Numbered from the whole stretch's first letter, positions 27,547 to 39,829 are shown. The stretch is DNA of 63,546 bases, filler included, from Octopus bimaculoides (GCF_001194135.2; 7 parts of 7 records of this genome joined end to end with filler, not necessarily neighbours in it); one strand, 5' to 3'. The notes: generated by a model from the letters alone, not told the origin. Translations and numbers: made by a program.

Positions 27547-27840
27547 TGAGTGAGAGAGCAGTACATGCCATCAAAATGACACTGGGGTAAAATATACGAA
27601 GCCCAATATACCCATCATGACTACCCGTCTGATAAGGGTATACCAGGCACATGCATCACAACCGTATGTGCGTGAGGTGGTGATCTCATATCAAGATAAA
27701 CAACAAATTGACCTTGCAAATAGGGCTCAGTATTCTTCAGGTCGGGTAACTTATCCAGCTCAAAGGGTTGTTTAAATATGTTGAATGAAACACCTGTGTT
27801 TCCAGAGGTGAATTATTCAATCTCCAAAGAATTCCTCTCA
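27480..27840 (-). mobile_element. second copy of the (TAA)n-tailed repeat, inverted relative to 25021-25345
   Basis: (TTA)n-CTGAGTGAGAGAGCAGTACATGCCATCAAAATGACAC... is the reverse complement of the 25021 copy. Confidence 0.7.
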
Positions 27841-29168
27841 ACGCATGGCTATGATGATTCCCCATTACTTCTGCTAATGTATGTATGTATGTATGTATGT
27901 ATGTATGTATGTATGCATGCATGTATGTATGTATGTATGTATGTATGTATGTATGTATGTATGTATGTAGGTGTGTGTGTGTATTTCATTATTCAGTTTT
28001 ATTTCAAGATTTCTTGCCAATATAGAAAGAGCCGGTTTCTAACCTAAATCCTGTGCTCCTTCATTGGAATTTCAACATCAACAACAGGGTATTTTTGCAT
28101 GTTTGTGTGTATATGTGCAGTATTTGGAGTCAGTGCATGTGCAGAGCTGTATGTTTTGTTATATATATATATGTATTCTTATGCATATAGTTGCGTGTCT
28201 AGACATGCTTATATATACTTAAATGATAGTCTTCTGGCAAGTTTTACAAATTCTTACACTTCCATTGACGGCCTGTATGTATGTATGTATGTATGTATGT
28301 ATGTATATATGTATGTATGCATGCATGTATATATGTAAGTATGTATGTATGTATGTATGTATGTATGTATGCATGTATGTATGCAAGGTGTTGAAGTCTG
28401 AATTGCAAATGATACAATAAATATCATGTTTTCGATTGAGATGAAAATATTACCGCATAAATACAAATATTCTAAAACGGATATTAAGCATTTCATTCTA
28501 CGATTTTTTCACACAACGTCACAAAAAATACGATAAATTTAGCTTAAATCAACATTTCTCTTCTTAGGCTTTAGTTTTAGATTTTGCAGAGAATGTTTAT
28601 TTAATACAAATGATTCTGTCATTGAATAAATACAGAAGATTCTTTAAAATTGTGTTGGTCGTAAGGTGAATTGCATTATGTTGTAATATATTTTATTAAT
28701 TCCTTAGTAACAAATACTACATGTTGATTTTTCAGTATTATATGTTGTAGCATTAAAGGTAATGTTTGTCCTAATCAAGCATAAAAATATAACGGTTTTT
28801 AAAAAAAATTATACCCATTCAAATAAATAAATATTGTACTACACATAAACACACGTAGACATGCACACATGCATGCACACTCATTCGCACATACGGTACT
28901 CACAAATACAAAGACAGAGGGGAAGAAAAGGGAGATAAACACAGAGAGAGAAAACATGCATATACAGACCTATAAGCGAATAAAAGCCTCAGTTCAGATG
29001 CTGGACTTGCTAAAAATAGCAGCCACATCTTCATATCGAGAGAAGGTGAATCAAATTGGCTATTGTGCTCTATATACAAAAGGATTGTCATTAAAGCATA
29101 ACTGGTGGAACATCTTTCATCATAAATCTGCTTCAATAAAATTGGCCTTAGCATAAAGAAAAAAAAAA

Positions 29169-29411
29169 CATATGGCTATGTCGTAAAAAGCTTGCTACTC
29201 AACCACATGGTTCCTGGTTCAGTCCCACTGCGTGGAACTTTGAGTAAGTGTCTTTTACTATGGCCTCTGATCGCCCAACGCCTTGTGAGTAGATTTAGTA
29301 GACAGAAACAGAAGCTGGTCGTATATATATATAAATATATATNNNNNNNNNNNNNNNNNNNNNNNNNNNNNNNNNNNNNNNNNNNNNNNNNNNNTATATA
29401 TATATATATAT

Positions 29412-29450
<39 letters not shown>

Positions 29451-29822
29451 GAGAGACAGAGAGACAGACAGACAGACAAACAGATAGACAACTTGATTTA
29501 AATCTCTGAGATGTGAGAGTACTTTTCTAACGGCTGACAAAGGAGCTTGCCACCCTTGTCAGGTCAGTCGTTAGGAAAGTGCTCTGGCTAAGAGTTGTCT
29601 TCAATCTTATTTCCAGCAATGCTGGGGCTTACTAGCACCCTCCGTCACTTTAGTGACAGTTGTACTTGCTGCCTATCGGTTCTAAACTGCGAATAGCCAC
29701 CTTAATTTATATGTGTGAGTGTATGCCTTTCTTTTTGTTTTGCCCCCACCACTACCACTACCATCACCACCGATTGTCTACAAGTATTGGTGCATTTATG
29801 TCCCGTAACTTAGCGATTCGGA
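29169..29822 (+). mobile_element. SINE family A, interrupted by microsatellites and an unrelated insertion at about 29500-29700
   Basis: Head CAACCACATGGTTCCTGGTTCAGTCCCACTGCGTGG at about 29200-29235. The body resumes at about 29715 (...GTCCCGTAACTTAGCGATTCGG), matching the reverse complement of 42473-42880. Confidence 0.75.
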
Positions 29823-30822
29823 CTAAAATTCACACATAAAATACAGTAATATAAGAGTTAATTTCTTCCCAGAGATGGCTCGTAAAGCAAAAACTTGTAA
29901 AACAGAGCAATAATACCCCATAGTAGCAATGTTATAAATCGTAATGCGTTCGTAGAAAAAATATTTTACCAGTAAAAATTATAATACTCGTAAATAAATA
30001 GGAACAAAACAACAGTAGAATGTAAAGTATATTTTATGTAAAGTAAAAAGAACGTCAAGATCATTTATAATAAAAAATATTATTATTATAATCATTTCCT
30101 GAATCACTTTCACTCGCAGTAGACTCGCGCACACCATCACTTGTAGACGAGATCGCCAATTCACAAGCACTCGTAGATGGACTTATGGATTTCTTTTAAA
30201 AAAAACAAGTCTAGAGATTAATGCTTAGAAGAAGCGTTTTTTCGCTCTCTGTAAATCTCTACGTAAAACGCAGAAGTATTTTTTATGGTAGGAGAAGCTT
30301 TTGCACTTCGTTCAAAATTTGGGTGTTTTACTTTTTTATATTTATTATTAATAAAACTCCTAAACCGGGGTCTCGTTATACGGGTCCTCGTAGTGCGAAA
30401 TATTACGTCTACAAGCGATTGTGTGCGTGAATCTAGTGCGAGTGAAAATGATTCAGAAAATGATTATAATATTAATATTTTTTATTACAAATGATGTTGA
30501 TATATTTTTTAACTTGACATAAATTATTCTTTACATTCTACTGTTCATTTATTCCCATTTATTTACGAGTATTATAAATTTTACAGGTAAAATATTTTTC
30601 TAAGAACACATTACGATTTATAACATTGCTACAATGGGAAATTATTCCTCTGCTGTATGGGTTTTCGCTTTATGAACTGTCTCTAAGAAGAAATTAATTC
30701 GTATATCGAGGCATTACTGTATTTTATAGACGTTTTCGATCTAGTTTGGATTCTTTGCCTTCAAATTTGATTGCAAAGAATCCAAACTAGATCGAAAACA
30801 TCTATATATGTGAATCCGAATC
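29814..30822. mobile_element. ~1-kb foldback/MITE-like element with ~335-bp imperfect inverted arms
   Basis: Left arm 29814-30149, right arm 30406-30822. For example, 29923-29945 is the exact reverse complement of 30609-30631. Spacer is 256 bp. Confidence 0.85.
30725..30806. repeat. 82-nt hairpin (34-bp stem with 1 mismatch, 14-nt loop) inserted in the foldback's right arm
   Basis: TATAGACGTTTTCGATCTAGTTTGGATTCTTTGC / GCAAAGAATCCAAACTAGATCGAAAACATCTATA. Absent from the left arm. Confidence 0.9.
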
Positions 30823-30915
30823 TTTTACCTTTTACTTTTTAATTTTTTTCAGTGATTTGACTATCAGACATGCTGGAGCACCACCTTGAAGGGTTTTAGT
30901 CGAATGAAGTGACCC
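30821..30915 (-). mobile_element. SINE family A, 3' tail fragment
   Basis: TCTTTTACCTTTTAC...CATGCTGGAGCACCACC...TTTAGTCGAA matches 42473-42560. Confidence 0.6.
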
Positions 30916-31069
30916 AAAGTGGCGTACATGCATATAGTGGAACAACGTCTATCGTTCGGTAGTTGATGACGCTTCACATCTCTTAATCTGATAAATTACG
31001 TAGGAAACATGAGATTCCCATAGCCGCCAGTTCAGCTCAGAGCTCTGTCAGGTGTGTCAATGTCTGACT

Positions 31070-31248
31070 TTGTCCCCACCACTGCTTGACAACGAGTGTT
31101 GGTGTGCTTACGTACACGTAACATAGCAGATCGGTAAAATAGACAGAAAGATTAAGTACCATGCTTAGCCAAAAAATTAAGTATTGGGGTTGATTCATTC
31201 GACAGCATGACTGCAGTCTAATCACTTAAACTAGTAAAAGATAAAAGA
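31070..31248 (+). mobile_element. SINE family A, 3' half
   Basis: GCTTGACAACGAGTGTTGGTGTGCTTACG...GGGGTTGATT...AGTAAAAGATAAAAGA. Confidence 0.7.
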
Positions 31249-31294
31249 CAATGGTTACATATGAGGGGCTTCTTTCTGCTTCTGTCAACCAAAT

Positions 31295-32110
31295 TCCAGG
31301 GTTGTGAGTATTAATAAATGGAATACTATGCTCCTTGCTTCTTTTTTTTTTCGGAGTCCTTAGCTGTTTGATGTCTAATTTCATCGCTTTCGATATTCCA
31401 TTACTTGTTAGTTTCATGAGGTAATTTTCTTCTTGTATGAGGTTTTCGAGTTCCTCAAGTCTAATTTGGTGTATTTATCTATACACACAACCCTGGAGTA
31501 ACCGATATTTTACACGTTATATAATCAAACTTATCAATACTCTTACAGAGCCCCAAAATGAGAGATCTGATATATAAAAGCTACTAACGAAATGGTAAAC
31601 GCCAGGAAAATAGCCTTAATAAACAACTCACAAGTGCAAAATTCACATCAGAGAATGAAACAGAATTCTCCGTATAAGAATGTGGAGATAGCAGATGTGG
31701 AATATGCAACAACAGCAATAACTTCAAGTGTGTAGATGGGGGCACCCACATAAAATTTAAGAGTGGATTCTCGTTCAACGTAAATGCAAATATGAACAGC
31801 AGGACACAAAATCTCATCTACTCGAATACTTGCCCCAAATGCAAGGAGAATTATATTGGTGAAACCAATGTTTCCTTTCGCCAACGCACAAGAATCTACA
31901 GACAGCAAATCCGACAAGCGGAACTACGGAAAATTCCACTGACCAGATATTTGGAAATATGTGGAGAAGGAAAATTCAAGATCTTCCCTTTCTATAAATG
32001 CTCAAGGAACCACCGAATCTTCCGAAGGACAATGGGACTATATTTCATAAGGAAGTTCTCAACAAAGTTAAACGGTTGATTTAGAAATATGTGGATAAGG
32101 AGAATTCAAG
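31295..32110 (+). mobile_element. 5'-truncated Penelope-like retroelement (RT thumb, linker, GIY-YIG) with inverted 5' segment
   Basis: Plus strand: HNPG...RQENSLNKQLTSAKF...CGDSRCGIC...NLIYSNTCPKCKENYIGET (GIY-YIG). The preceding RT part RLEELENLIQEENYL...IPFINTHNPG lies on the minus strand at 31295-31485. Confidence 0.85.
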
Positions 32111-32221
32111 GCACACAGATGATATTTAGGATTTGTTTTAAAGAAATTCAGATCATATTTATAATTGAGAAACACTTTCCCACACTTAAGCATTTTTCAG
32201 ATTGTATTTAAAATCATTCCT

Positions 32222-32373
32222 GTACATTATCTACATTATTTACATTTGACGGATAGCTGTCCGCATCTTGTTTTTTGTTAACAACTATTCGGCCGATATA
32301 CCCTCCAGCCTTCATCAGCCGAAACGTTGTGTTGACAAATATCCGTCAAATGTAAATAATGTAGATAATGTAC
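32222..32373. repeat. 152-bp palindrome built from two head-to-head Penelope-like termini
   Basis: Perfect 34-bp inverted repeat at 32222-32255 and 32340-32373. The inside holds CTGATGA (minus strand, 32312-32318) and CAGCCGAAACGTT (plus strand). Confidence 0.85.
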
Positions 32374-32968
32374 CTTTGGGACATAATGGACAACAAAGAA
32401 AGTATCTTCAAAACGAGATCTTTTGAGATTACTGCAAGAAATTTGGCATGAAATTCCTCAAGTTGTCATCTGATCAGTAATATGTCTCATAGAGTCCTTG
32501 CATTGTAAAATGCAAAGGACATGTCTGCAAAATATCAAATATTCATGTTATGAAAATTAATAAATAATTTGAATGTATAACTTCAGATTTAAATAACTTT
32601 TTTATGATTATAAGGATGTCTATTTTCTTCTGCCAAGTTTGTGTGCGTGTATATATATATATATGTATATATATATAATGTTAATTCTCTAAATGAAGTA
32701 TTAACAGTAACTGCACGATAAAGTGAAGTGTATTGCCACTCAAGTGTGGCTGACCCCTAGGGGTGGATGTTACTGTTGCTTTAGCCCCAGGAGGTAATGG
32801 TGTCAAGAAGACCCAAAGGTGTCAGGTAATGCTGACTAAGTGCTATGGACAGATTATAGTTAGGCTCCAGATTCTGTGATTATGCGAATGAGGAGTCTAA
32901 CGTATGTCATATATCAGCATATATCAGCACGTGTATATATAAAAATAAATTATCTCATTCTGTTAATT

Positions 32969-33076
<108 letters not shown>

Positions 33077-33376
33077 CGTACATAGATATATATATATAAA
33101 TACATAAACACATAATGAGTGACAAGTANNNNNNNNNNNNNNNNNNNNNNNNNNNNNNNNNNNNNNNNNNNNNNNNNNNNNNNNNNNNNNNNNNNNNNNN
33201 NNNNNNNNNNNNNNNNNNNNNNNNNNNNNNNNNNNNNNNNNNNNNNNNNNNNNNNNNNNNNNNNNNNNNNNNNNNNNNNNNNNNNNNNNNNNNNNNNNNN
33301 NNNNNNNNNNNNNNNNNNNNNNNNNNNNNNNNNNNNNNNNNNNNNNNNNNNNNNNNNNNNNNNNNNNNNNNNNNNN

Positions 33377-33419
<43 letters not shown>

Positions 33420-34099
33420 TGTGTGTGCGTGTGTGTGCGTGTGCGTGTGCGTGCGTGCGTGTGTGTGTGTGTGTGTATAAACACAGAATATAGAAAGAGA
33501 TAGATTGACACAACTGACAGACAAATAGATAGATATGGTAATATATATTCATTTATATATGTGGGTGGGGGCATATGTACGTGTGTCTATACGCATATGA
33601 TTTGTGCGACTAGTATTTGTCTGCGTACTATCTATTTAAATATCCCCATCAATGGGTACATTTAAATAGATAGCTCGTAAAACATAACCAGACGTATTTC
33701 TTTGAAGCGTTTTAGAACTTACCCACTAAATTATTATTATATTGAATTGCAATTTTAGAATATAAATCATGCAAAGAGTAGGGCACAGGGAAATATAGTG
33801 ATATACATGAAATATAGCTACATATATTCAAGATCAACAGTGCATAAGGGCAGAACACACCTAAAAAGGCTGAAATTCATCTAACAGTTAATAGAGAATG
33901 TTATGAGTCGACTACGGTATTTTTACACATTTTTTGCCTAAAGCGAGAAGTTTTTCCTCCAAATGAGCTGCAATCAAATTGCCTGAAGGCATTCAAATAT
34001 CTCCGAAAAATATTTCAAACCATTTAGATTTTGTTTGGTTTCCGTCACTGCCTCGGGCAACAACTCACTAATTATTAATATGCTTATTTATGATAAGGA

Positions 34100-34308
34100 T
34101 TGTGAGCTGGAAGAATCGTTAGCAGCTTGAGCAAAATTTTTAATGGCATTCCGTCCGTCGTTAAGCTCTAAATTCAAATTCCTTCGGGGTTGACTTTGCC
34201 ATTCTTCCCTTTTAAGGACGATAAGATAAGTACCATTTGTGCACTGGAGTTCATGTAATCAACTTAGCACATCTCCCTAAATTGCTGGCCTGGTTCCAAA
34301 ATTTGAAA
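34100..34308 (+). mobile_element. SINE family B (tRNA-derived head)
   Basis: GAGCTGGAAGAATCGTTAGC...TTCAAATTCC...CCAAAATTTGAAA; matches 48851-49061. Confidence 0.8.
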
Positions 34309-34803
34309 TAAATGTGTTCATTTGTAACATATACGCTGTATTTTCCAAAATCGGTTTATTTAGAAAAATGTAATCATTTTGAAAGAATGTACTATCGTCG
34401 ACAATGGCTCATACACTCCACCGATATTCAAGCTTAAGCTCTGTGATTGGAATTAGGAACATTGTGTAGCGTTCAAATGAAGAATGCATAGAATTTGCTG
34501 GCGGTATATGTGCTAGCATCTACCGTTTGACGTATGACAAAGAGTATAGTGCTAAAATAGGAGGAATCTATAATCTTGAGAATATTGCTCCAGAGCGTAT
34601 CAGTGTATTTGGACCTTCCGTTTAACTTGTGGAAAAAACAAATGGGTTCCAATAGAATTGAGTGCAGTAAACATTCAGTTGGTAGAAGCCAGAGAAATAC
34701 ATAGTCCAAGAGTATATTTCACTTACCGTGATATATATATATATATATATAATACAACATTATGGCTGCAAGTAAGAACTATCAGATGAAGGGGAGAATA
34801 TTT

Positions 34804-34843
<40 letters not shown>

Positions 34844-34845
<2 letters not shown>

Positions 34846-35150
34846 GAGAATTTACGAAAATAAAAAAAACAACAGACAATGACAGGTGGTGTAAACAATA
34901 AATGGATGTATTAGTTTAACGCTCGGGAATAGAGAAAGTCTTTGACGTTTCGAGCTACGCTCTTCAACTGAAAGGAACACAGAAAGAAATAAGGAGAGAA
35001 ACAAGGAGAAAAAAATATATAAATGAAGTGATCAGCGATCTATCATGGCGAATGCCGGACAGAAGGTTCACACAGGAGAGCTAAAAAAAAGGGGAGATAA
35101 CAAAGGGGAAAGAAGTAGTGAACCCAAGACGAGAAGATATGTGTGTGTAA
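34844..35150 (-). mobile_element. Penelope-like terminal repeat fragment
   Basis: (TA)n-GGGAGAATTTACGAAAA junction; minus strand TTGAAGA-GCGTAGCTC-GAAACGTC. Confidence 0.6.
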
Positions 35151-36495
35151 GAGAATGCTGGTGACCTTAACGTATGTATGTGTGTATGTAGATGTGAAAA
35201 AGTGGGGAAGGGAGTTGGTCAGTGCTAGTGTGTGCGTGGTGGTGTGTTGTGAAGTGATGTGTTGTGTGATATGGTGTAGCGCGGTGTGATGTGTGAGTGT
35301 TGGGAGGTGGGAGTTGGGAGGTGGGGAAGGCGAATGCAGGCTGAGGGTGGGAGTAGAGGTAAGAGTATGTGGGTAGGCAGGTTGGCAGAGGTTGAGGTGG
35401 CTGTAAGNNNNNNNNNNNNNNNNNNNNNNNNNNNNNNNNNNNNNNNNNNNNNNNNNNNNNNNNNNNNNNNNNNNNNNNNNNNNNNNNNNNNNNNNNNNNN
35501 NNNNNNNNNNNNNNNNNNNNNNNNNNNNNNNNNNNNNNNNNNNNNNNNNNNNNNNNNNNNNNNNNNNNNNNNNNNNNNNNNNNNNNNNNNNNNNNNNNNN
35601 NNNNNNNNNNNNNNNNNNNNNNNNNNNNNNNNNNNNNNNNNNNNNNNNNNNNNNNNNNNNNNNNNNNNNNNNNNNNNNNNNNNNNNNNNNNNNNNNNNNN
35701 NNNNNNNNNNNNNNNNNNNNNNNNNNNNNNNNNNNNNNNNNNNNNNNNNNNNNNNNNNNNNNNNNNNNNNNNNNNNNNNNTATATATATGTATATGGGGA
35801 GAGAGAGAGAGAGAGAGAGAGAGAGACCATCTCGAGACTCTGGGCTGTACCCGTCATCGATGTGTGTTATTCAGCAGCTAGTGAGGAAAAATCATTCCAC
35901 TCGCAAAATACTATATGCCTTTTCCAGCGACAAACTGTCCCTGATCTCGAAAAAGGGCAAATAAAGTATATTAAATATATATATGACAAATTTTATGCAA
36001 GTACGGTGGTGCACCAGCATGACCGCAGCCACTTGGCTGAAACACATAAATAAATAAATAAATAAATATATATATATATGACAAATTTTCTGTAAGTATA
36101 CACATATATATGAGATCCAAGGATTACGTTCTCATCGAATCTTCCATGCGTTAACATGTACCTCAATCCGACAATGTAGACTTGCAGTACATTTAATTAA
36201 GATCCCCTTGGCCGGACGAGTAGCCTGTGATATGCACCTCACATGGAAATTTGCCATTTCTGAGTTTCCGCTCGCTATGAAACATATGTAGCCCGGATCT
36301 TATCTACTCCGTAGTTCTTTTTTATCTTTTATTTTTGCAATTTGAAACAAACATTCGAAATTCATTGATTATATCTGCAAGATTATATATGAGGCCTAAT
36401 GTCACAAATATTGAACGAACATCTATAGAACGTCTATAATGTAGAAATGAAATGATTCAGAGTATATTTCTTCAATAATTGTTTAAATACTCGAA

Positions 36496-36710
36496 GACGG
36501 TGAGAAAGCAGAATCGTTAAAGCCCCAGAAAAGTTAAGACTTAGCGTATTTCTTCTGAGTGTATCCCCTGAGTTCGTTTCCCACCAAATACGACTCTACC
36601 TGTCATTATTTCAGGGTTGATAAAATAAATAGCAGTTGAGCAAGAGGGTCGATATAATCGACTAGCGTCCTTCCCTAAAATTTCAAACCCTGTGCCCATA
36701 GCAAAACGAC
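36496..36710 (+). mobile_element. SINE family B, diverged
   Basis: GACGGTGAGAAAGCAGAATCGTT...GGGTTGATAAAATAAAT...GGGTCGATATAATCGACT. Confidence 0.65.
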
Positions 36711-37084
36711 TCATTTAAGTGTTAGATCAACACTTCTGCCTATAAGGCAAATTCTAAGACAGATTCAACGGGACACGGTGTGTAAGATCAACATTTCATT
36801 TACAGGAACAGCCCATGAAACCCACGCTCGTAGTGTTTTTATTTACAAAATAATATTCACAAGCCTTACGTCGATACGAAGTTATGATAAATAAACAAAA
36901 CGCGTAGCAGTAAGATAGAAACCGGGGCTTTGTAATGCAAAGCGAACTGCTTAAACATAGACCATGCTACATTCATATAAATATACATGAAACACAAACA
37001 CATACGCACAAAAAATTTCTTATATATGCGCATACATATACATACATTTATACTCTCATATACCTGTCATAAATATACCTGAGC

Positions 37085-37163
<79 letters not shown>

Positions 37164-37839
37164 TCACACAAACAACACATATATATGTTTATGTCCATGT
37201 AATCAGAAGTTCCTCTTTAATAAGTTATCAAGAAGATTTGTCATTGTATATTGTGTATTCATGCATACATACATACATACATACATGCATAATACATACA
37301 CACCTACATACATGCATGCATGTATACTTACCTATATAGTTGCTTACGTACGTACCTATGAATGTATAATATCTGTTGGGTGTTATAAATGAAATATAGA
37401 TTTCAAAACTGCGTGGATTGGTTTACCACATGTAAAATTCCTTCTTCATTTATTATCACCTACATCAAAATTCCAAATAACTATCTCGACCAATCAGATT
37501 TCTTAAAGTAGGATGGGCTCTTACGTTAATAATATTGTTTCAAGAGAACTTTTAACCAATTGTCGCCAACGATTTGCCATTAAATTCTAAAGCGCAGCTG
37601 CAAATTTGTTGATATTAAAATTCTTTATAGGAATGTCGTTAGCAATACATACATGCATCATTAATATCAAGTGAAGCAGGTGATGTCTTCATTTTATCTT
37701 GCCATTTGTAATGTTCTTGTGAATTCTCTCTCTCTCACTGTTGCTCTCTTTTTCTCTCTCTCTCTCCTTTTCTCTGTTTTTCTTTTCTCTTCTATATTCT
37801 ATATTACTTCTGCATTTCTGATTATGTTTCCAACGAGAC

Positions 37840-38520
37840 AACACGAATATCACCGACGTCAACGACAGCGACAACGAAAACAACGCTGCCGACAGCAACA
37901 TCAGCGATTAACTCAGGTGACTCTAGTGTTGCCTACACGAATGTGGGAGGAGAGGTGGGGGAAGAGCTAATAAATTCACGAAGGCGATACTGACAGCAAT
38001 AACGACGACAACGGCGTTGACGGTGTCGGTAGTGGTGGTGTTGATGGTCTTGGTGGTGGTGGTGGTGGTGGTGGTGGTGGTGGTGGTGGTGGTGGTGGTG
38101 GTGGTGGTGGTGGTGGTGGTGGTTTTGGTGGTGGTTGTGGCGGTGGTGATGGCTATAACAAAGAGGACGATGACGACGATTACACTTGTGATGAAGAGGA
38201 TAATACTAATGACGACGACTAACATGATGACGACAATGAATAATGAGGAGGAGCAGGATCTCTATGACGAAGAAAATTATATTGAATATGGACGATACCC
38301 ATGCTATTTCTAATGCTAAAAGTTGAGGAGAATGATTGTGACAACGACGATGATGATGAGGAGGAGAACTACGACGTCAGCAAAAAGACACAACGAGGGT
38401 GATGATAATGATGACGTTATTTATGATCTTGCTCGTTAGTAGTGATGCTGATGCTGATGATATTAATGATAATGATAATGAGTAGGAGGAAGAGGAAGTA
38501 GAGGTGGAAGATATTGATAA
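37840..38520. repeat. degenerate trinucleotide tract (CAA/CGA, then (GGT)n, then GAT/GAG)
   Basis: Pure (GGT)n at about 38050-38122 with eroded flanks; all frames contain stops. Confidence 0.85.
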
Positions 38521-39829
38521 TGATAAATACAAACCATTGTTATTTTCATTAAATTACAAGAATAGAAAGAGATGCAAGAGTGGTTACAAATATTTATATT
38601 AAATATTTGTTAGGAAAACAAAAAGACATCCCACTGAATAAGCTGAAACTGTTAGAAAACTTTAGAAATTTAGTTTTTTTTAAATATAGAATTAACTTGA
38701 AAAGTTTAGAAATAAAACCAAAAAAAAAATGTATAAAGCAGATAACGAAAGTGAAGGTAAATACGCAATGGTGCGACAAATGATTCTTTCTGGGCCTAAT
38801 TTCAAAATTAACCCGACATATTATTTATATATGGGGTTAACCTTAACGATAATTATTGCTTTGCAAGTAGGTATGAGCTCGTAGCATATATCATGCTTTC
38901 GCAAATTGTTTTAGTAGCTTATGTAACCGCGTACGGGCATACGTACTTCACCGGTCCAATTGTGAAAAAAAAGTTAGCTTTATACAAAGGTACGTGTCGG
39001 TATACATAAGAGCCAACGTATTTAAACAATATGGATATTGTCTTTTTATACATCAGAGGCTATATTATCCCAAAAATTCTCTTCTATTTTACTGGGTTTA
39101 CGGGCCATTTTATTTTATCCGAAGAGGATACACATCATTTAACGTTATATGTGACGTCTCTAAAGGACATTGCTAGGGACTTGTTCATCATTGGTCTCTC
39201 TATAGGTTATCAAAATAAACTACATATTACGCAAATCAATGTGTATCGCATTACCAGAGGGTGAACATAGATCGCACCAATATACAATCTAAATAAATAA
39301 TCAAAAGTACTAAAAATACTAGACTTGATGGACGGCGTATTTTGTTGTGACCACAAATGCCAACCAGCAGGGTACCATCGACAAATTTCAAATTGTTTAA
39401 GTTGTGAACAAACAAACCAAAGTAATTTTGTGTTCATTGATTTTCAATTGCTGATTTTAACTTTTGGTCTAGTAGAAGTATTACTAACTAGCGGGACCTG
39501 TGAATATTTCACGGGATTAATGGACAACCAGTTGGATTATTTCTGAAAATTTTATACAAGAAATCTGAAATCATAGCCGTTGTTGTGTCCGTATGGAAAG
39601 ATACTCGCGCATCTATTACTCATTTCAAAGTGAAAGAAATTTGAATACGAGGATTATTTAATGTATTTTATATATACATTTAATATACTTTATGCACAGT
39701 TTTATAGACTTAATACGCAGAACTCATAAAATAAATATTTACTCTTATTTTTCCATGTTTCCCGTCAAAAAAAAACAAAAAAAAAACGCTGTGCATATGA
39801 TACAACCTTCAGTTAAATTGAGTATATCT

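Noticed and set aside
37671-38313. Gly/Asp-rich and Thr-rich reading frames
   Set aside because: Eroded (GGT)n/(GAT)n tract with stops in each frame.
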